Below, in pieces: positions 23,245 through 34,290 of a stretch of DNA of 40,147 bases. The first letter of the stretch is position 1, and the number at the start of each line of letters is the position of its first letter. The DNA is from Octopus bimaculoides (lineage: Eukaryota). The translations under genes and the position numbers were made by a program. The notes below the pieces were generated by a model. It was not told the DNA's origin and did not search any database. It saw only the letters and a program-made list of their open reading frames with translations. The stretch lies in NCBI RefSeq assembly GCF_001194135.2, contig NC_068990.1:59131442-59171588 (forward strand). The letters run 5' to 3'.

Positions 23245-23554
23245 TGACACCTATCTTTATTGTCCAGTAAAGTACTTTATCACATATCTTCACAGTGTTG
23301 AATTGCCAAGCTGTTGGACTTCTTTCTTGTCTGTGACATAGACATATCACCATTGTCCAAGCAGTGTAATGCAATCATAAACAGTGACAAATACATGCAC
23401 TCTGAACAAGGCATAGGCCAGTGTGAAGCTGTAGTAGAAGACACTTGCACAAGCTGCCATGCTGTGGGATTAAACTTGAAACCACATGGTTGCTAAGCAA
23501 ACGTTTTATTGCACTGCCATACCTGAACTTACTGAGGTAGATTAAAAAATATAT

Positions 23555-23915
23555 ATTTTACTGGTTTCAGTAACTGGACTGCAGCCATGCTGGAGCACCA
23601 CCTCAGAGTTCTAGTTGAATGAAGCTGCCTCAGTACTTATTTTTTAAAGCCTGGTTCTTATTTTATTGGTCTATTGTGCTAGACTGCAAAGTCACAGGTA
23701 CATAAACAAACACTGGTTGTCAAGTGGTAGCAGGGGACAAACATAAAGACACACACATATGAAACAAGTTTCTTTCAATTTCCATCTACCAAATCCATTT
23801 GAGCCTTTGGTCAGCTCAGGGCAATAGTAGAAGACACTTACTCAAGGTGTCATGCAATGGAACTGAACATAGAACCATATTGATAGGACGCAAGCTTCTT
23901 ACCACATAGCCATAC
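23555..23915 (-). mobile_element. SINE family A, CpG-decayed full-length copy (additional head fragment at about 23420-23525)
   Basis: GTTTCAGT..CTGCAGCCATGCTGGAGCACC..CTGGTTGTCAAGTGG..CTACCAAATCCA..TAGTAGAAGACACTT..CTTACCACATAGCC. Confidence 0.8.
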
Positions 23916-24529
23916 TTATGTGTATTTAGAAAAGACTTGAAGATAATAATATTAGTCATTACTGATACAAGAACACAGGATCTTGATTAGTGAAAAGGTG
24001 TTTAGGGGAGGTCTGTCCTGCCATTTACTGGCATTGAAAATCAAATTTTGTGATTGGTGGTGGTGGCAGCCTTGGCAGTAGTGATGATAATGATCAAAGA
24101 ATAATGACTGTTCAAGGTAGTACTGAAAATGCAGCTAGGTCAGACAGGCTAGTTTAACCTTTGTCAAGATGTCGGAGATGGACAGTTATAAGTGGTGATT
24201 ATATCAGCCATCTAGAATTTCCACTTAAAAGCAATCTCATCAGAAAGGCAATAATGTTCTGTTACATGACACCTTGACACATTCTAGGGAATAACAAGCT
24301 GTATCAAAGGCAGTCCACTTTCCATTTAATTATATTTTCCAAACTAAAGGGCTTTCATTTTGTATCTATGAAGGCCAGTCAAATTAGTGTTGTCCTTACT
24401 ATGTCCAAACAAAAACACAACCACATGCACAAGTGTGCATACTAGGTTTGTTTGTTTTCTTAATTTCTCAATGTTGAAGCCATTGAAATCCATACCACCA
24501 CAATGACTACTGCTTCTTTGGCAAGGTGG

Positions 24530-24718
24530 AAAGTTGGCAGAATTGTTAGCACACCAAGCAAAATGCTTATTTCATCTGAGTTCAGATTCTGCCAAGGTTG
24601 ACTTTGCCTTTCATCCTTTCAGGGTCAATAAATTAAGTACCAGTGAAACACTGGGGTCAGCGTAATCAACTAGTTGCCCTCTCCCAAATTTCAGGCCTTG
24701 TGCCTATAGTAGAAAGAA
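24530..24718 (+). mobile_element. SINE family B (alternative tail), CpG-decayed
   Basis: TGGCAGAATTGTTAGCAC..CTGAGTTCAGATTCTGCCAAGGTTGACTTTGCCTTTCATCC..AAGTACCAG..GGCCTTGTGCCTATAGTAGAAAG. Confidence 0.8.
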
Positions 24719-24757
24719 TTATCATTGTTAATAATGATAATAATAATAAACCTAACC

Positions 24758-24915
24758 GTTCTACAATAGGCACAAGGCCTGACTTTTGGAGGGTGAGAGG
24801 CTATTTGATTACATCGACCCCAGTACTCAACTGGTACTTATTTTATCGACCCTGAAAAGATGAATGGTAAAGTCAACCATAGCAGAATTTGAACTCTGAG
24901 AGTTAAGACGGACTA
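24758..24915 (-). mobile_element. SINE family B (alternative tail), inverted relative to 24530 copy
   Basis: TTCTACAATAGGCACAAGGCCTG..GATTACATCGACCCCAG..CTGGTACTTA..AAAGTCAAC..GAATTTGAACTCTGAG. Confidence 0.8.
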
Positions 24916-25104
24916 AATGGTGCGAGGCAACAGTTGGCATAAAGGTGAACAGCAGGTGAGAGTCAGTTGCTGCTTAGTTTTTGTCAAAGTGCATGTCTCT
25001 GGTAGATACATCATGCTTTCTTTTAAATTTCCTTCTGGAGAAATGGGTTTGGTTTACAAACATTTCAAGTGATGAATGACCTTCAGGAACAAATTAAATT
25101 CTTA

Positions 25105-25165
<61 letters not shown>

Positions 25166-25171
25166 AGAAGT

Positions 25172-26110
25172 CATGCAACCACTCTCCGATTTTCTCAGCT
25201 GAGTCTCTGTAGTTTGACATATCATCCCATGATAAACTCTATCAAAGGCCTTTGCAAAGTCAAGATATATCACATTCATGTTTGAGCAATTCATTGTTTC
25301 AACACTCAGTCATAGTGCTGCATAAGGCTGCTTCTTCCTGGGCAAAAGCCATGCTGGGTGTCAGAAACCAAGTCATTATCTTCAATGAACACAATTAGTT
25401 TCTTCCTGACAATACACTCCATGACTTTGCTGACATGGACAGATAGGTCTATAATTCTTAGCATCTCCTCTGCTCCTTACAGATAGGGCATATTATACCT
25501 TCTTTTAACTCCCCAGTTGTTCTTTCCTTGAACTCCCCAGTTATGCCTTCCTTTAACTCCCCAATTGTGCCTTCCTTTAACTTCCCAGATGTGAGGAAGC
25601 TCTGGAAGTGAATCTGAAGTGGTCTTGCTAGAGCTCCTTTGCATTACTTTAGGAGGGTTGCTGGGAATCATTCAGGGCCTGTGGCCGAGTTTGAACTATT
25701 TCATCAATAGCTGATATCACATCAGTCTCGTGTATTTTGATGCTATCAATAATTGTCATTTCGTTGTATAGAGCTGTGGAGCTAAAGAACTCATCAGGCA
25801 TAGCTACTAGAAAATGTCCCAGTGGAGTGGTGGAAACACTCTTGTATTGCGCATCAGTATTTCACTGATCCTCTGGGGCTCTGCAGTCGGTGAGCCGTTT
25901 TCTTCGAATAATGGCCCTATTTTGTACTGTATTGAAGCAGACACTTTTGCGTATCTGTAAGAGGTTTTGGGGTTTATCTTAATATTTTGACAGCCCTGGC
26001 TTCCTTTTCTGCCCTCTCATTTTCATGGGAGTGTTTGAGTTCATATTCGATTTCGAGCAATGTTTGTTTGAGATAGTATCATTTGTTATCCTTTAGTAGT
26101 CCATTTAGAC
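25172..26110 (-). mobile_element. CR1-like LINE ORF2 (RT N-terminal) fragment, degenerate
   Basis: Minus-strand motifs NYRPIS, TQHGFCPGRS and VIYLDFAKAFDRV; multiple stops and frameshifts; internal 24-bp tandem repeat at about 25503-25590. Confidence 0.85.
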
Positions 26111-26505
26111 GAGTATATGTAGTTATGTATGTGTATTTAGCCGCAAAAGGCTCTGAGACGGTGCATCCTTTAGAAAAACGAATTTTATTTTCGAATTCTG
26201 TGTCCCACAGAAAACGTCGATCGTAAATAATAAAAGAAAATATAATTTCCAGCGAAAAAGTAACTCAACTTTTAGATCGACAGCTCTTCCACTCTCTATC
26301 ACCATCAAACTATCTCTATATATTTACCATCTCTCACGCATTGCTTTCATTTTGTTTTAACACCTCCTGTTGCAATGTTTACTTTCATTTTATCGCAGCT
26401 ATCACGTACAAAAATCCTGTTTACTGATTGTTCTGATTGGATAAAATGATCAAACTAATCCTCTGTAATATTCTTTCATATTATACACACACACACACAC
26501 ACACA

Positions 26506-26747
26506 CAGTGGCGGACTGGGTCTAAAAATATTGGTTGCCAGGAGACTAAGGGGGCAACTACAATGCTATCATTTCATTTTTTTTTTTTTTTTGTTAAAAG
26601 TATTCTCTTCAAGAGTGAATAAAAAAATTCTCAAACTTGAGGGAATGGGCCCCTTAGATACTAATATGGGCCCCCATATATGGATTCTAATGGCGCAGGG
26701 GCCCACTTGCCATCGGGCAAGCTGGCAACCTGGCCAGTCCGCCACTA
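26506..26747. mobile_element. hAT-like MITE
   Basis: TIR CAGTGGCGGACTGG (26506-26519) and CCAGTCCGCCACT(A) (26734-26747); flanked by CA and TA microsatellites that obscure a TSD. Confidence 0.75.
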
Positions 26748-26751
26748 TATA

Positions 26752-26960
26752 TAGTAGGCATCCGTCGGTCTCGAGAGGCCATGGACCTGCACCCAAAGAA
26801 ATCATGTCAGCTGCTGATGCCGGTGCAGTGTCTGTTGTGGCTGCACCGGTGCAGTGTCTGTTGTGGCTGCACCGGCCCACACGGGAGTGGCAGTCACGCA
26901 TAGATCGACTGTATTTGAAAGAGCCCTCTGCCAGTGCTGATGATTTTCCCTTCCGTCGAG
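26752..26960 (-). mobile_element. RTE-clade LINE 3' terminal fragment
   Basis: Minus frame RRKGKSS..SFKYSRSMRDCHSRVGRCSHNRHC resembles the RTE C-terminal C..C.R.C.SRIGL.SH motif; ends CCATGG..CTCGAGACCGACGGATGCCTACTA; contains a 26-bp tandem duplication. Confidence 0.65.
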
Positions 26961-26984
26961 TGCATAATATATACCTGACTGGCT

Positions 26985-27135
26985 TCTTTTAAGGTTCTGT
27001 CTACCAAATCCATTCAAGACTTTTGTTGACCCAAAGCTATAGCGGAAGACACTTTCCAATGATGCCATCCAATGGAATTGAACCCAAAACCTTCTGGCTG
27101 GGAAACAAACTTCTCAATCATACAGGCATACCTTT
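26985..27135 (-). mobile_element. SINE family A, 5' half, diverged
   Basis: GGCTTCTTTT..GTCTACCAAATCCA..GCTATAG.GGAAGACACTT..TGAACCC..GGTTG-like head homology. Confidence 0.7.
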
Positions 27136-27439
27136 GCCTTATATATGTGGGGGGGGGGGAGGAGAGGGGATCAAAAAACGAAAAGCAAGACTAGTTCACA
27201 ATCAAAATTATTAGGTTTACATCCAACGAAATGAAAAGGGGTAATTATGGCATTAAGGAGATCGCCTTCCTTCAGAATATCGATGTGCAGTGGCTAAAGA
27301 GAGAAGAGAAGGACAAGGAACAATATAAATATGCATAACTGTCCTGGTAAAATGTTCCACATGTTGGTTAGCTTACTGGATACTTACAAACCATCATCTT
27401 TTAACGTCCGTTTTTCATGCTGGTATGGAATATGTATGT

Positions 27440-27514
27440 GACACACACACACACACACACGCATACACACACACACACACACACACGCATACACACACAC
27501 ACACACACACACAC
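27440..27514. repeat. (CA)n microsatellite, interrupted
   Basis: About 75 bp of CA repeats with two CGCATA interruptions. Confidence 0.95.
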
Positions 27515-27989
27515 ATCTGGATTCTTTATATGAATATCTATTTATCTAATACGCACGTGTATACGAACAAGTGTATGGATGCGTGTATGTATACATACAT
27601 GATACATACCAAGGTTTATATACACATAACTATACATAGTGTATGTGTATATGAGTATGTATATATTTAAGCATATTAGTATGTTTTATATGCATGTGTG
27701 TATCTATCTCTCTTTCTCGCTCTCTATCTATCTATCTGTTTGAGTTTTTACGCATATAAATTTGCATTATACATGTGTTGATGTACATATCCGTGTTTGA
27801 GGTGTGTGCATATTTGTGTGCGCGCGCGCACACACATTCATACACACTCAACAGGAAACACTGCCTTCTGTATGTAGTTTCGTGTTGCAAGGTCAGTTTA
27901 CATATGTAAACAAGGCAAGCAAGGAAGCAAGCAGTCAGTCGGTCTTAATAAGACAACAGATGCTATGTTTACAACCTAGCTTTCCTCTT

Positions 27990-28028
<39 letters not shown>

Positions 28029-28202
28029 TGTAACTGTGATACGGAGTAATAAATTAGATGTCACTTCTTATTTGTGTAGACATTTGTTAACTTACCTGGT
28101 TCTCTCTCCCCTGGCTCCTTTCACTAAACTAGAACGTCATTCAACATCCACAGTTGACATAGTCAAACACTAAAGCCTTTTGTTGATTGCATCAGTATCA
28201 GC

Positions 28203-28718
28203 NNNNNNNNNNNNNNNNNNNNNNNNNNNNNNNNNNNNNNNNNNNNNNNNNNNNNNNNNNNNNNNNNNNNNNNNNNNNNNNNNNNNNNNNNNNNNNNNNN
28301 NNNNNNNNNNNNNNNNNNNNNNNNNNNNNNNNNNNNNNNNNNNNNNNNNNNNNNNNNNNNNNNNNNNNNNNNNNNNNNNNNNNNNNNNNNNNNNNNNNNN
28401 NNNNNNNNNNNNNNNNNNNNNNNNNNNNNNNNNNNNNNNNNNNNNNNNNNNNNNNNNNNNNNNNNNNNNNNNNNNNNNNNNNNNNNNNNNNNNNNNNNNN
28501 NNNNNNNNNNNNNNNNNNNNNNNNNNNNNNNNNNNNNNNNNNNNNNNNNNNNNNNNNNNNNNNNNNNNNNNNNNNNNNNNNNNNNNNNNNNNNNNNNNNN
28601 NNNNNNNNNNNNNNNNNNNNNNNNNNNNNNNNNNNNNNNNNNNNNNNNNNNNNNNNNNNNNNNNNNNNNNNNNNNNNNNNNNNNNNNNNNNNNNNNNNNN
28701 NNNNNNNNNNNNNNNNNN
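28203..28718. other. Assembly gap (N run); smaller gaps at 29652-29661 and 33135-33173
   Basis: Continuous Ns. Confidence 0.99.
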
Positions 28719-28844
28719 ATATATATAGGATAGTGGAACATCACTATCCTATATTTATACTTTAACCTGATGGTGCTTTGTTTTACTGGGAAGCAATACT
28801 ACTGCATTGCACTAATTAATCATTTTTTCTTATATATATATTTA

Positions 28845-29057
28845 AAATGTGTCTGTGTTTGTCTCCCACCACTGCTTAACAATCAGTGTTGGTGTGTTTG
28901 CATCCCCATAACTTAATGGTTTGGCAAAAGAGAATGATAGAATAAAACTATTTAAAAAAAAAACAAAAACAAATTCACTTTGTTCAACTAAATCCCTCCA
29001 AGGCGTAGTGCCCCTCCATCGCTGCTGTCAAATGGCTGCAACAAGTAAAAGATGAAA
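28845..29057 (+). mobile_element. SINE family A, 3' half
   Basis: GTGTTTGTCTCCCACC..TGGTGTGTTT..TAACTTA..TTGGCAAAAGAGA..AAGGCG..GTCAAATGGCTGCAACAAGTAAAAG. Confidence 0.75.
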
Positions 29058-29508
29058 GATATATTATATCTCAATGAAAACTGCCTACTACATTTAGTGA
29101 GTTTTATGACACTTAATAATATAGTATTCTGACTTAGCTATCCATACTTGTGCTTCCAGCATTTAAGAGTTACATGTTTACATACATTTAGTTCATATTC
29201 TACTGGTGTCAGATTCACTTTTTATCCTTCAGGCTGTTGGTGATATATGAACCAGTCAACTACTGATGTTGATCTAATCAACTGTTTCTTCCATCACCCA
29301 CTCTAGTTTCTGGCATTGTCTCGACATTTGAAACTATAATATTTTATAACAACCCTTCTTCCAATATTTATTTATTTATTTTGTTTCTGTAACTCTGCTC
29401 AGGAAACATTGTCATGTCATGTTAGAAGGAAAGTAAATCAAGTAGTTTGATAACCCAAGGAGTTAATGCTGCATAACTGTCATAGCTAAAATAATTTCCT
29501 AATTAATC

Positions 29509-29600
29509 ATGATAAATTATCTCACATGTCCCAGCCAAACAAGAGATATTTATAAAATGTTAAATGACTGGGGACTCTTTAATATTGAAGTCAATGACAG
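29509..29600 (+). CDS. Speculative first coding exon (MINYLTCPSQTRDIYKMLNDWGLFNIEVND..), product unknown
   Basis: ATG at 29509 after an in-frame stop, 30 open codons, donor CAG|GTAAAT at 29600/29601; upstream acceptor-like CTGCTCAG near 29403; no homology recognised. Confidence 0.15.
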
Positions 29601-29842
29601 GTAAATCTCCTACCACCTGGGGACAAATTTTTTTTTTTTTTTTTTTTTTTTNNNNNNNNNNATAAAGCATATAGAATTATTCTGACTGGAAACAAAGAAA
29701 AGAAAAAAAATTGAACTTGATACATATGAACTTATAGTCCTGTTCTTTATTCATTTATGCATTTTGTTTCTAATGTCATATACAGGAGCTGATAAAGTCA
29801 TGATTTTATAGTATTAAATGGATGAGAATTTTATTTTCTATA

Positions 29843-30600
29843 AAGGCACAGGTGTGGCTGTATAGTTAGGAAGATTGCTTCCAAATCTCCGTGGTTTTTA
29901 GTTCAACCATATTGTGTAGTATCCTGGGTAAGTGTCTTCTAATATAGGCTCAAGCCAACCGAAACCTTGTGAGTGAATTTAAGTGAAAGTGCATGGCTTA
30001 GCTGTAAGGGGTATTTGGCTCACAGTCATAAGTTCATGAGTTTGATTACTACTGACAGCATGTTGTCCCCTTGAGCAAGATGCTTTATTTCATTGTTGCT
30101 TCAGTCCACTCAGCTGGCAAAGATAAGTAGTACTTGTATTTCAAAGGGCCTTATCACATTCTGTGTCACATTGAATATCCCTGAGATCCCCATTAAGGGT
30201 ATGCATGTCTATGGAGTGCTCAGTCACTTGCACGTTAATTTTGCAAGCAGGCTGTTCCGTTGATTGGAACTCTTATTGTTGTAACCAACAGAGTGCCAGT
30301 TGTGAGTGGATTTGGAGACTGAAAGAAGCCTATCGTATGTGTGTGTGTGTGTCTTTATGTCTCCTTGTCTTGACATAGTATGATTGATGTAAATGAGTGT
30401 CACTGTCGTACAAGCAGCATCATTTATTTTCAGTGTTCTGCAAAAACGTGTGGACATGGGGAAATATTAGCTTGTTCAGAAACAAATGAAGGTTGGTGAT
30501 TGGAAAGACGTGTAGCTTTAGGAAAATCTACATCAATAAAAACTCCATCCAACTCATGCAAACATGAACTGACAAACTTTAAAACAATGATAACGATGAC
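29843..30600 (+). mobile_element. SINE with family-A head and family-D-type tail, interrupted by a nested SINE
   Basis: Head AGGCACAGGTGTGGCTG..GTGTCTTCT..TTGTGAGTG resumes at 30300; tail AACTCCATCCAACTCATGCAAACATG..TTTAAAACAATGATAACGATG. Confidence 0.7.
29981..30299 (+). mobile_element. Nested SINE (different tRNA-like head, family C 3' module)
   Basis: TSD TTGTGAGTGAATTT 29967-29980 / TTGTGAGTGGATTT 30300-30313; 30140-30298 aligns with 14868-15038. Confidence 0.8.
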
Positions 30601-31104
30601 AGGATGTTGGTATGTGACAGCTAACATCCTCATAGTATTGGTTATCTATTCCTGAAACACAGTGAAAAGCTTGTAGTAGATTTTAACTCGTGACCCAAGT
30701 ATTGGTAGTATAAATACTTTATCTGCTTGGAACCATATACTGAATGTTGTTACTTTTGCCAAGACTATCGAATTAACAAATGATCTGTTTACTGGATATC
30801 AAACCTGGACTGTAGATTCCATCATAGAAAAGTCATTTTAGCCATTTAAAAACGCACCAAAATCTGCTAAATTTGCTTTCCTTTTATTTCATGGGGTGTC
30901 AGAATTTTCTCATCATGCAACTGCAATCTACTCATTGATGCAATTCTGTTGCAACTTGAGAAATGAATTTTGACACCTCAAGAAATAAATGGAAAATGAC
31001 TTTAACAATTTCTGTTGTTAAATGATTAAAATATGGTTCTTTCGTGCTGTAGCTGCTTCAGTTTCAACCCATGGTCTCTGATCAAGTTTCCTGCTGTGGA
31101 CTTC

Positions 31105-31350
31105 ATTTACCAAAAACTTTTGTTTCTGTCATTCGGCTGTTGCTATGCTGGAACATGGCCTTGAAGGGTTTAGCTGAACAATTTGACTAAACACTTACTT
31201 TGTTGGTCTCTTTTGCTGAAGTGCTTTGTTCTGGAGACAAATTGACACTAGTTGTGAAGTAGTGGAGGAATAAATGCAGGCACAAAAATGTGTGCATGCA
31301 CACACACAGACATGCACGTGCGCGATTGACTTCCACACAGTTTTCCTCTA
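31105..31350 (-). mobile_element. SINE family A, 3' portion, diverged
   Basis: GTCATT.GGCTG..GCTATGCTGGAACA..CTTGAAGGGTTTAG..GGTCTCTTTTGCTGAA..GTGAAGTAGTGGAGGA..CACACAC. Confidence 0.65.
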
Positions 31351-32727
31351 CAAAATTCACTTCATGTGAAGGTGCATGGCTCAGTGGTTAGAGTGTCGGG
31401 CTCATGGTCATAAATTAGTGAGTTTCATTACCAGACCAGGCTGTGTTGTGTTCTTAAAGTAAAGAATAATAAACTTTTTACTTAAAATATTGTAGCAAAG
31501 AATGCCAGTTCTTCTAATTTATCACTCTTTACAGTTCTCGTCTTTTAAATTTATTGTACAAAATTGTTCAGCTAATTTGTAAGTTTGTCTCTAATCAGTC
31601 ACTTTTTTCTGTATTTAAGGTAGTAAATTAGCCAAATTCTACTTAAATAAGTATAGTGTTATTTGTAAACTATAATAAAATAAGTTTTAATATTCAAATT
31701 TTAATTTTAGCTGCAATATTTTAAGTAAAAAGTTTCTTATTCTTTACTTTATTAGAAGTAACAGCTTGTCCTATACTTTTACATGTGTAATAACTTGTCC
31801 TGTACTTTTCCAGGTTTATAATCTTAAGAATATGACTTTCATTGCTCGCATTTTTCCATGTAATCCATGATTTTTCCAGGCATTGCTATTATAAGATAAT
31901 TAATAATGTGTCAATTAATAATTTAAGATTTTACCTTTTAAAATACTGAAAAATAATATTTCAATTTCTCCATGTAAGTGATGATGATATTTCAATTTTT
32001 TTCGTGTTTAATTTAAATATATGTTGTGATTGAATTATTTGATATTACCCATCCACACCAAATTAATGGCAGGGATTTTTACCATGTTGTTGGTTGCACC
32101 ATAGCTCACCAAAAGATACAAACAACAAGACTCCAAAACCATCAGTTATCAGGCTCACCTTCAGTAACCTAATTTTGCAATATAAGGAGGTCACAGGAAT
32201 TCATTCAATGAAAAAAAAAAATTTCTAATGTTTCTAGGATTGGAGGGAAGAACCCCACACCTCATTTTTTCTGAACCAAAATAAGGGATTTGCAGCATAT
32301 TAGGAGGTCAGGATACTTGATTCCATGCAAAAAAAAAATCAAATTTTTTTTTTTTTCTTAGTGAAAATCGTGTAGGTGTTAATATAGAAATTGACCATAA
32401 TGTTGTTGTTATTTAGCCTCAAATCAACCCTGATACTGCAAACGTATCATCAAAGACATTCCAGCCTTCAGCAAACCCTCTTTTTAGGGATAATCTAGGA
32501 CATTACATACAATGAGCATGTGATTTAGGTAGGGAGATATTTTAGCTGCTATTTTTAGCATGTCAAGTGACCAGGTAGAGGCTCTTTTACTGGTTCGGTT
32601 GCATGATGAGATTTTTTTACACATATATGTAATATGTATATATATCATCGGCAGAGAGGGTTTTGTGTATTGGCACCTATCAAACATGAATTTGTCCATT
32701 GTCACTCTGTAACTTCTCATGAAATAA

Positions 32728-33134
32728 CTTCTAAAATACAAAATTTTGTTGAAAACGTTAAGAGTAAATCCTGTTATATGTGACACATTCTACCAGTATC
32801 GGAAGTTTGAAAGTGTTTAGTTAAAAAAAATTAATTAAATAACCTGTACATCTAATTGAATAGATCTGAAATGGATGAAAGGCAAAGTCAACCTCGGCAG
32901 AATTTGAACTCAGAAGGTAAAGACAGATGAAATACTGCTTCTAAAATACAAAATTTTGTCAAAAACATTAAGAATAAACCCTGTTCTATGTGACATATTC
33001 TACCAATGTTGGAAGTTTGAAAGTGTTTAGTTAAAAAATATTAATTAATCTGTATGTCAAAGTTGACCTCGGCAAAATTTAAACTCAAAAACATAAAGAC
33101 AGACGAAATACCATTAAGCATTTTGCCCAGTGTG
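32728..33134. repeat. Tandem duplication of about 210-bp unit (unique sequence plus SINE-B fragment)
   Basis: CTTCTAAAATACAAAATTTTG..GGAAGTTTGAAAGTGTTTAGTTAAAAAA..AATTAA at 32728 and 32938, each followed by a minus-strand SINE-B piece; second copy runs into a gap. Confidence 0.8.
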
Positions 33135-34119
33135 NNNNNNNNNNNNNNNNNNNNNNNNNNNNNNNNNNNNNNNCAATGCAACTAGGGATTCTGAATTCCT
33201 CATGCATTTTTCTATCATTTAAGCCTAAGAAAAGTATACTTTTAATTTAAAATTAAAAAAATTTATGTTAATTGAAGATGAATATCTACCTTACTGCCCC
33301 CTTGAGATCGCAGATATTTTGATGTAACTTTTTTTTTTCTGAACCAAATCTCAAACTATTTATGCCAAAGTGTAACTGAGGTGGTGTCCTCTTTAAAACG
33401 ATTAACAGTTTGCAATTTAGTTGAGAACTGAATTAGTAGTGAAGCTTGGAAGCTGCTGCGATTGACGAAATTGTGGACTTAATGATATATTCAACCATGG
33501 TAGTGGTTGAATGATATTCAACTCTTTGAGAGTTTGAGAGAAAGCAATAGAATTATCCATTAGAATATAAAAAATATACTATGCATGTTTTACTCTAAAT
33601 AAAATACTAAATAATTGGCATTGTCACTTTATTATAGACAGCCAACTCTTGTTACAAAGTATTTGAATTACATAAATATTTATTATTTCTAGATCATTGA
33701 TCTGTAGTTTTTCAGAGATGTGAAAGGAAATAGTAATGTTTTTAGACTGTTTCAAGGTCATCTGTGGGAGAATCAATCTTAAATGAAAATTGAGACTGGT
33801 TTTTAATCCTTTTGTGCTTCAGCATGACTGCAACAGCATTACTGAATAAAAGAATATCTCTTCCCAAATATTCTAAATGTTTAACACATTAACTGCACAA
33901 CTGGTAGTACTTTTTCATAATTTAAGTAAATATTTTATTTTGTATCTTTGGCTTTGTTTCAAGGATATTTAAATATCATGATTGCTAAATATTAAAGTTT
34001 AATTATGAAACATTGTAAAAGTGCAAAAAAGAACAAATTAATGCTTCCTTGTAATTAAACAGTATACAATGTATATGTGGCATCACCAGTAAGTTCCATT
34101 AACAGGTCGTAGCAGATAA

Positions 34120-34290
34120 CCTGTTAAACTGACCAGATCCAACCTCTTACACCTACCCTACAATGTCATTCTAAAAATAAACAATCACATCATCAAAATT
34201 CAAAGCTATGAAATAATGCATACTAAATTCAAGACATTATGAATAAATAAGCATTACATTTGACAGAGTAATCTGAATGCTAAAAGGTCA
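34120..34290. mobile_element. TTAA-CCCTTT-type (piggyBac-like) MITE, partial
   Basis: Collinear with 38345-38532 and, inverted, with 35709-35920; ends CTGAATGCTAAAAGGTCA. Confidence 0.55.

Noticed and set aside
27231-27338. 35-aa ORF MKRGNYGIKEIAFLQNIDVQWLKREEKDKEQYKYA
   Set aside because: Protein-like but short and unsupported by splice signals or recognisable family
28096-28202. Minus-strand segment ending in a consensus donor CAG|GTAAGT at 28096
   Set aside because: All three frames are stopped and the 5' part is lost in a gap; cannot be tied to a transcript
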